A program made the position numbers and the translations under genes. From assembly GCA_964568775.1 (NCBI GenBank), contig CAZMQW010000005.1:1-61007 (forward strand): a stretch of 61,007 bases of DNA, in the 5' to 3' direction. Positions 54,746 to 61,007 of this stretch are shown piece after piece. Origin of the DNA: an uncultured Candidatus Saccharibacteria bacterium (lineage in GTDB: Bacteria > Patescibacteriota > Minisyncoccia > Minisyncoccales > MHMH01). The number at the start of each line of letters is the position of its first letter. The first letter of the stretch is position 1. The notes under the pieces were generated by a model. The model was not told where the DNA came from. It ran no database searches and was given only the letters and a program-made list of their open reading frames with translations.

Positions 54746-55189
54746 TCAGCCCGCGATCTGCACGGAATCAATATAGTATCTGTCCAAGATTTTGATTAAA
54801 GTAATTACTTCGACAAAATCGCTGACACCGCCTTCCTCGTAAACTTTAATGATATAGCGGAAATTATTATCAGTCAGTTTTTCGCTTTGTAAAATCTCGT
54901 AATTTTCCAGACCGTCAATTAAAGAAAATTCTCCACTTAAATGCTGTTCCACCCCGCCTTCGGTCAGGTAGCGCTGGGCGGCTATCTCGTCTTTCTCGAT
55001 CCTAGCCTGCATAAAACTTTCCAAGACGTCCTCAGCCAAATTCTTCTCTATCTTTTCCTCCAGGGCCGGAATCTGCTCTTTCTCTATTTGGCGGTACTGC
55101 CAACCCAAAATTCCGATGCCCAAAAAAGCGATCAGCAACGCGAAAAACAACGCTTTGATTATGCCTTTTTTATCAACCTGGTTTTCCAT
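54746..55189 (-). CDS. Hypothetical membrane-anchored protein
   Basis: N-terminal TM, NTF2-like alpha/beta pattern (weak). Confidence 0.7.
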   Translation of the reverse strand: MENQVDKKGIIKALFFALLIAFLGIGILGWQYRQIEKEQIPALEEKIEKNLAEDVLESFMQARIEKDEIAAQRYLTEGGVEQHLSGEFSLIDGLENYEILQSEKLTDNNFRYIIKVYEEGGVSDFVEVITLIKILDRYYIDSVQIAG

Positions 55190-55191
55190 GA

Positions 55192-57180
55192 TTATATATC
55201 GAGGTTTTTAACTTTCTTGGCGTGGGCCTGGATGAACTTCTTTCTGGGCATGACTTCGTCCCCCATCAAGGTATCGAAAATGCGATCAGCTTCTCTAGCA
55301 TTCTCAATAGTGACCTTCAAAAGAATCCTGTTCTCCGGATTCATGGTCGTTTCCCACAACTGATCGGGATTCATTTCTCCCAAACCTTTGTAGCGCTGGA
55401 TGGAGGGATTGATTTTTTTCTCTTTTTTCGCTGAACCCAGAATCTCGGTTTTATCCGCTTCGGTATAAGCGTACTCGACAGCCTTGCCGCTCTGGATGCG
55501 GTACAAGGGCGGCTGGGCAATATAAAGATACCCTTTTTCAATTATCGGCTGGAAGTAGCGATAAAAAAGGGTCAAAAGCAAGGTTCTGATATGCGAACCG
55601 TCGGTGTCAGCATCAGTCATAATTACTATGCGCTGATACCTTAAATTCTCGATGTTAAAATCCTCGGCAATAGCCGTACCCAAAGCAATAATTAATGATT
55701 TAATTTCTTTGGAAGAAAGAATCTTGTCCAGCTTGGCCCGTTCGATATTTAAAATCTTGCCTCTTAGGGGTAGAATAGCCTGAAATCGCCTGTCTCTTCC
55801 CTGTTTTGCACTTCCTCCGGCGCTGTCGCCTTCAACAATGAAAAGCTCTGATTCTTCCGGCTCTCGCGAGCTACAGTCAGCCAGTTTGCCAGGCAAAGCC
55901 AAGCCTTCCAAAATCCCTTTTCTCAAAACGGTCTGGCGGGCCGCTTTGGCCGCTTTTCTGGCTTTGGCGGTCAACAAGCATTTCTCAATGATGGCCCGGG
56001 CGTCCTGGGGGTTTCTCTCCAGAAAATCAGCCAAACCGTCGGTCACCACTGTTTCAACCGCTGCTTTGGCTTCCGGATTACCTAATTTGGCTTTGGTTTG
56101 TCCCTCAAACTGCGGTTCTTTTATCTTAATGGAAATAACGCCAGTAAAACCGTCCCGGACGTCCTCGCCGGTCAGGTTCTCTTCCGACTCTTTGAGGAAA
56201 TTGTTCTTGCGGGCGTAATCGTTCAAAGAACGGGTCAGGGCGGAACGGAAACCAGTCAGATGGGAACCGCCCTCACCGGTATTGATATTATTGGCAAAAC
56301 TCTCCTCGTACGCTTCCCTCTCCTGGATGTACTGGAAAGCCGCTTCCACCAGAATATTGTCTTTCTCGCCGCTGACATAAAAAATATTCTGCTGGATTGG
56401 CACAATCCCCCGCACTAAGTATTTAACGTAGGACTGAAGACCGCCTTCAAAATAGAAGCTGTAAACTTTAACATCGGCGCTTCGCTGATCGCTGACGGTT
56501 ATCCTCACTCCCCTTGTTAAATAGGCCTGCTGGCGCAAATGTTCCAATATCTTTTTTAAATCAAATTTGACCTCTTTGAAAATATCGAGATCCGGCTCGA
56601 ACAAAACCATGGTGCCAGTACTTTTGCAGCTGCCGATTTTTTTCACTTTTGTCTTAGCTTTGCCTTTAGCGTATTCCTGCTGGTATCTGACGCCACCCCG
56701 GCAAACTTCTGTCTTCATATAGCTGGACAAAGCGCAAACAACCGAAACGCCCACACCGTGTAAACCACCGGAAACCTTATAAGCTTCCCCGCCAAACTTA
56801 CCGCCGGCGTGCAAGGTGGTCATTACTGTTTCTAAGGCAGACTTTTTGGTTTGGGGATGTTTATCAACCGGAATACCTCGTCCGTCGTCAGTCGTCTTGA
56901 CTTTATTGCCCGGCAGCAAAACAACTTCAATATTTTTGGCGTAACCGGCCATAGCTTCATCCAAACTGTTATCAATGCATTCCCAAACTAAATGATGCAG
57001 GCCTTCTGGACCGGTTGAACCGATGTACATGCCCGGCCGCTTCCTGACTGGCTCTAATCCTTCCAAAACATAAATGTCTTTGGCTTCGTAAGAACTGTCT
57101 TTGGCGGTTTTTTTCTGCTTAACGATTTCTGCCTTTTTCGCTAGTGCTTTTTTAGGCTTTTTTATTTTCTTACCTGCCAT
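55192..57180 (-). CDS. gyrB: DNA gyrase subunit B
   Basis: RKRPGMYIG, DNSLDE, DDGRGIP, VEGDSAGG, PLRGK, MTDADTDG, RYKGLGEM. Confidence 0.95.
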   Translation of the reverse strand: MAGKKIKKPKKALAKKAEIVKQKKTAKDSSYEAKDIYVLEGLEPVRKRPGMYIGSTGPEGLHHLVWECIDNSLDEAMAGYAKNIEVVLLPGNKVKTTDDGRGIPVDKHPQTKKSALETVMTTLHAGGKFGGEAYKVSGGLHGVGVSVVCALSSYMKTEVCRGGVRYQQEYAKGKAKTKVKKIGSCKSTGTMVLFEPDLDIFKEVKFDLKKILEHLRQQAYLTRGVRITVSDQRSADVKVYSFYFEGGLQSYVKYLVRGIVPIQQNIFYVSGEKDNILVEAAFQYIQEREAYEESFANNINTGEGGSHLTGFRSALTRSLNDYARKNNFLKESEENLTGEDVRDGFTGVISIKIKEPQFEGQTKAKLGNPEAKAAVETVVTDGLADFLERNPQDARAIIEKCLLTAKARKAAKAARQTVLRKGILEGLALPGKLADCSSREPEESELFIVEGDSAGGSAKQGRDRRFQAILPLRGKILNIERAKLDKILSSKEIKSLIIALGTAIAEDFNIENLRYQRIVIMTDADTDGSHIRTLLLTLFYRYFQPIIEKGYLYIAQPPLYRIQSGKAVEYAYTEADKTEILGSAKKEKKINPSIQRYKGLGEMNPDQLWETTMNPENRILLKVTIENAREADRIFDTLMGDEVMPRKKFIQAHAKKVKNLDI

Positions 57181-59063
57181 GTTGATTCTTTTTCTAAAGT
57201 TTTAATTATTTTCTGATGAATTTCATCGACCTCTTTTGATTTCAATGTTCTGGTTTCCGACTGATAAACAATATGGAAAGCCAGGTTCTTCTTGCCCTGG
57301 GGAAGTTCCTCGCCCTGGTAAATATCAAACAAGTCAACGTCTCTGACCAGTTTGCCCCCGGCTATATTAATTTTGTTCAAAACCTGGACTACTTTGGTCT
57401 GGCGGGGCACCAATATCGCCAAGTCCCTGACAGCCGAAGGATAGCGGGAAATCGGCCGATAGAGCACTTCCTCGGAAGCTAGTTTTTTAACTTTGTCAAA
57501 ATTAAGCTCAAAATAATTCTCGCCGATAACACCGACTTTCTCCTGGCCGACCTCGACCGAAGCGGACTGACGGCCATTTTCAATGTATTTTATGTCGCTG
57601 ATGCCCAACTTATTCAACAACCCTTCAACAATGCCCTTGATGTCATAGAAAGAGCCCAGAAGATTTATGCCGGCCAGCCTACTTTCCTCCACCGCGGGCC
57701 GGGAAAAAACCTTGCCTATTTCAAACAGTCTGATGTCTTTGAAGTTATTTTTGTTAAATTTGACGTTTTTCTTCAGATTGGAAATAAGATTCTCTCTCAA
57801 ATATTTGTGCTCCTGGCTCATCGGGTTTTCCAACTCAATGGCGCTATCGCTTCCCTGGCTGACAAACGAGTAATTATACGCTTCGGTAAAACCGAACTCT
57901 TTCATAATATCTTTTGTTTTGTTCTCCCAGAAAATATCAAGGTTTCTTCTGGACGGAGCCAAAGAAACGATCGGAAAAACAGAAGGAATCTTATCGTATC
58001 CGTAAATCCGCACTACCTCTTCTATCAAATCTTCGGGCAAGAAAATATCCTGCCGGAAAGTGGGCACTGTCACCAGCGATCCCCTGACAACAAAGCCCAA
58101 TCTTTTCAAAATATTATTTATTTCCTTGGGAAGGATTTTTTTTCCTAACAAACTTGTCAAATATTTCTGGTCCAATTTAACTCTCTTGGGATAAACCTTC
58201 TTAGGATAGATATCAACCGATCCCCTAGCTATCTTGCCTCCAGCTATTTTCTGAATCAGCTGGGCTGTCCGAATAACCGCCATTTCAGTCAAATTAGGAT
58301 CAAGGCCGTGTTCAAATCTTAAAGAAGCGTCGGTCTTCAGGTTTAATTTCTTAGAACCCTGGCGGATGACTCGTCCGTCAAAATTGGCCGCTTCCAAAAC
58401 AACCACTTTTGTTTTCTTGTCTATTTCGGGCAGTTTGCCGCCTTTGATGCCAGCAATCGCCACCGGCTTTTCAGCGTCGGCAATAACCAAAACGCTGGAA
58501 TCCAAATCAAACTTCTGTTCGTCCAAGGTAACTATTTTCTCTCTGTTCCTGGCAAATCTAACGACAATCCTGTTACCAGCCAGTTTCTGGCCGTCAAAAG
58601 CGTGCAAAGGCTGACCGGTTTCCAGCATAACGTAGTTAGCGATATCAACGATGTTATTAATGGAATTCAAACCGCAAACCCTTAATCTATCTTTCAGCCA
58701 TTTAGGCGAAGGCCCGACTTTAACATCAGCTACTACTTTGGCGGTATAGCGCGGGCAGGCTTTTTTATCTTTAACTTCTACTGTTACGAAATCTTTTGTC
58801 TGGATTTTGGCGTCAACGGCTTGTTTGATGTTTATCGGCCGGAGTTTTGAGTTTGTTATAGCGGCTATTTCCCTGGCTATGCCGAAATGGGAAAAGCAGT
58901 CTGGACCCCGATTGGGCAGAACATCAATATCCAAAGCATAATCTGCGCCTGTTTTCTTCACCTCCCCCACCTCAAAACTGTGCATAGTCAAAAGCTCGGC
59001 CGTTTTCTCCGGCTCGGGCAGCCTGCCAACGTAATCTTTGAGCCAGTTATATGAAAATACCAT
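57162..59063 (-). CDS. pheT: Phenylalanine--tRNA ligase beta subunit (short form, no OB domain)
   Basis: LPNRGPDCFSH, GQPLHAFD, RFEHG, DLIEEVVRIYGY, RDLAI...FDIY. Confidence 0.95.
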   Translation of the reverse strand: MVFSYNWLKDYVGRLPEPEKTAELLTMHSFEVGEVKKTGADYALDIDVLPNRGPDCFSHFGIAREIAAITNSKLRPINIKQAVDAKIQTKDFVTVEVKDKKACPRYTAKVVADVKVGPSPKWLKDRLRVCGLNSINNIVDIANYVMLETGQPLHAFDGQKLAGNRIVVRFARNREKIVTLDEQKFDLDSSVLVIADAEKPVAIAGIKGGKLPEIDKKTKVVVLEAANFDGRVIRQGSKKLNLKTDASLRFEHGLDPNLTEMAVIRTAQLIQKIAGGKIARGSVDIYPKKVYPKRVKLDQKYLTSLLGKKILPKEINNILKRLGFVVRGSLVTVPTFRQDIFLPEDLIEEVVRIYGYDKIPSVFPIVSLAPSRRNLDIFWENKTKDIMKEFGFTEAYNYSFVSQGSDSAIELENPMSQEHKYLRENLISNLKKNVKFNKNNFKDIRLFEIGKVFSRPAVEESRLAGINLLGSFYDIKGIVEGLLNKLGISDIKYIENGRQSASVEVGQEKVGVIGENYFELNFDKVKKLASEEVLYRPISRYPSAVRDLAILVPRQTKVVQVLNKINIAGGKLVRDVDLFDIYQGEELPQGKKNLAFHIVYQSETRTLKSKEVDEIHQKIIKTLEKESTWQVRK

Positions 59064-59064
59064 T

Positions 59065-60078
59065 TTAGAATTGATTTAAAAATCTCAAATCGCCCGAATA
59101 AAGCAGGCGGATGTTGTTGATTCTGTATTTCATCATGGCCAACCGGTCAAACCCCATGCCAAAAGCCCAACCCTGCCAGTTCTTAGGATTTAAACCGGCG
59201 TTCTTAAAAACATTAGGATGCATCATCCCCGCTCCTAGCATCTCCATCCAGCCGGTTTGCTGGCAGGCCGAGCATCCTTTTCCTCCGCAAACCAAGCATA
59301 CCATATCAACCTCAAAGCTCGGTTCGGTAAAAGGAAAGAAGCCGGGCCTCATCCTGATTTTGACCGGTTTTTCAAAAAACCTTTGGAAGAATTCTTGAAT
59401 CATCGCTTTGAAATTGGCCACCGAAATGTCTCTGTCTACCATCAACCCGTCAATCTGGTAAAAATTGGTTTCGTGGGAAGCGTCGGTCGCTTCGTGGCGG
59501 AAACAGCGGTCAATGGTAATTATCTTCAGGGGCGGATTTTTCTTTTCCATGTATCTGACGTCAACCGGCGTGGTGTGGGTTCTCAAAAGCATCTTGTTCT
59601 TCAAATAAAAAGTATCCCAAAGGTCGCGGGCCGGATGGTCCTTGGGGATGTTCAAAGCGTCGAAATTGTACCACTCGGTCTCCATTTCCGGTCCCGAAAC
59701 CACGGAAAATCCCATGGCCTGAAAAATCTCTTCGGTTTTCCTTCTGGCCTGGGTCAAGGGATGCAAATGACCCAGAATCGGCCTACGGCCGGGCGCGGTC
59801 ACGTCAATCCATTCGCTATCTGAAGCTTCCCGCTGGGCTTTTTCTTTGAACTCTCCGGCTTTTTGGTCGAATTTAATTCTCAAAGAATTTTTCAGCATAT
59901 TGGCTTCCCGGCCTACTTTCACTCTTTTGGCCTTGGGCATTTTTTCCAAGGAACGCAAAATCTGGGTAAGCTCGCCTTTCTTGCCCAGATATTTCTTAAA
60001 AGCATCGTTCAACGATTTCAAATCACCGGCCTTTTTAATGGCTTTTTCAGCCTCAATTTTAAGCGTTTTCAGAGTCAT
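59065..60078 (-). CDS. pheS: Phenylalanine--tRNA ligase alpha subunit
   Basis: GHLHPL, NFDALN, HPARD, LRTHT, FPFTEPS, AFGMG. Confidence 0.97.
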   Translation of the reverse strand: MTLKTLKIEAEKAIKKAGDLKSLNDAFKKYLGKKGELTQILRSLEKMPKAKRVKVGREANMLKNSLRIKFDQKAGEFKEKAQREASDSEWIDVTAPGRRPILGHLHPLTQARRKTEEIFQAMGFSVVSGPEMETEWYNFDALNIPKDHPARDLWDTFYLKNKMLLRTHTTPVDVRYMEKKNPPLKIITIDRCFRHEATDASHETNFYQIDGLMVDRDISVANFKAMIQEFFQRFFEKPVKIRMRPGFFPFTEPSFEVDMVCLVCGGKGCSACQQTGWMEMLGAGMMHPNVFKNAGLNPKNWQGWAFGMGFDRLAMMKYRINNIRLLYSGDLRFLNQF

Positions 60079-60193
60079 TTCCTTAGTTCATTTTAACATA
60101 ATTTTAAGGTAGAATAAAGGGCTCGAAACTGTGGAAAACTCAATAAAAAAGCCGCTGAAACTTGTAAGGATCAACGGCTTGCAACGGTTGCAA

Positions 60194-60913
60194 TCAATAT
60201 GAAATTTTTCCTGAAGAATCAACCGTTAGAAAGGCTTTAAAGGTATAGCCGTTCCGTAATAGCTTGATTGAACCGCCGTATTGACGACGATCAAGAATAG
60301 CTGTCACCACTGTCACCTTGGCTCCTTTTTCAATAACGGTCTGTATTGTTTTTAGCACGGTGCGGCCAGTAGATAGAACGTCATCAATTATGGCCACCCG
60401 CCAGCCCTTCTCGAGACTCCCTTCAATTAGCTCTCTGGTGCCGTGGTCTTTTACCTCATCTCTCACTATAAAGCCGGGAATGGGTTTATTTTTTGCCTGC
60501 ATTCTTGATAACACTTCGGGTATTATCAAGCTGCCTCCCAAACCATGACCGCCGATAGCGTCTATCTCTATGCCTGTGTTACATAGATAGTCTGATACTA
60601 TCTCGCTGATCAGGGTTATTCCTTGGGGGTCAAGAAGAAGTTTTTTGATGTCGTAATAGATGCCCGCTTCTTCTTGAGAGGCCAGGGTAAAATGGCCGAG
60701 CCGGCGCGCTTTCTGGTCAATCATGAGTTTTAATTTTATCAGGGGAGATCTGAGTATACCTTCGAGAACCAACGCTTCGTAGCCAAAAGATTCTAAAATT
60801 TCCCTGACTCCGTCGGCGTTAAGGGGAAACCCTCTAGCCGTGAATTCTTTGGCCATATTTTCAATGCTCTGGAAGGTCAAACTTATCGGACATGTCAAAT
60901 TCTTCGTGTTCAT
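60194..60913 (-). CDS. Orotate phosphoribosyltransferase-like protein with N-terminal extension
   Basis: FTLAS...YYDIK, VRDEVKDHGT, IIDDVLSTG PRPP motif; about 65 extra N-terminal aa; AAAGGAG SD. Confidence 0.75.
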   Translation of the reverse strand: MNTKNLTCPISLTFQSIENMAKEFTARGFPLNADGVREILESFGYEALVLEGILRSPLIKLKLMIDQKARRLGHFTLASQEEAGIYYDIKKLLLDPQGITLISEIVSDYLCNTGIEIDAIGGHGLGGSLIIPEVLSRMQAKNKPIPGFIVRDEVKDHGTRELIEGSLEKGWRVAIIDDVLSTGRTVLKTIQTVIEKGAKVTVVTAILDRRQYGGSIKLLRNGYTFKAFLTVDSSGKISY

Positions 60914-61007
60914 TATTTTCTCCTTTCATTATTTTATTGGGAAGTTACTGCGTCTTTTGTTCTTTACCATATTTTAAAAATAAAATCAAGCTGTAAATAA
61001 AAAGCGG

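Overview
This looks like a 61-kb chromosomal segment of a Patescibacteria (CPR, Parcubacteria-like) genome. That assignment is inferred from tightly packed or overlapping core genes without Shine-Dalgarno sites, short DnaX/PheT/ThrS forms, cohesin/dockerin, DUF5667-type and pilin-like surface proteins, and standard code 11 (TGA used as stop). Core genes: dnaX, cysS, dnaB, recR, rplU, rmuC, mraZ-rsmH-ftsL-ftsI, rpsP-rnc-nusB-rpmF-rnhB, dnaE, thrS, miaB/miaA, gatB, a dCMP deaminase-thyX-tmk-glyA-deoC cluster, secE-nusG-rplK, gyrB and pheST. There are five tRNA genes (2x Gln-TTG, Glu-CTC, Val-CAC, Ala-TGC). The most unusual part is 1-13.7 kb. The dnaX 3' half plus tRNA-Gln is present twice as diverged direct repeats. 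Downstream of each tRNA-Gln lies a family of 28-bp-core repeats with separable left and right arms, and these delimit co-oriented 1-2-gene cassettes. The arrangement resembles a site-specific-recombination cassette array, but matches neither attC, dif nor CRISPR, and no recombinase is encoded in the window. Other candidates: a gene enclosed by a 14-bp SD/anti-SD inverted repeat just upstream of tRNA-Glu, a structured non-coding element behind two small ORFs, and dispersed self-contained promoter-SD-ORF-terminator modules. All family assignments come from motif recognition by eye; no database searches were run.
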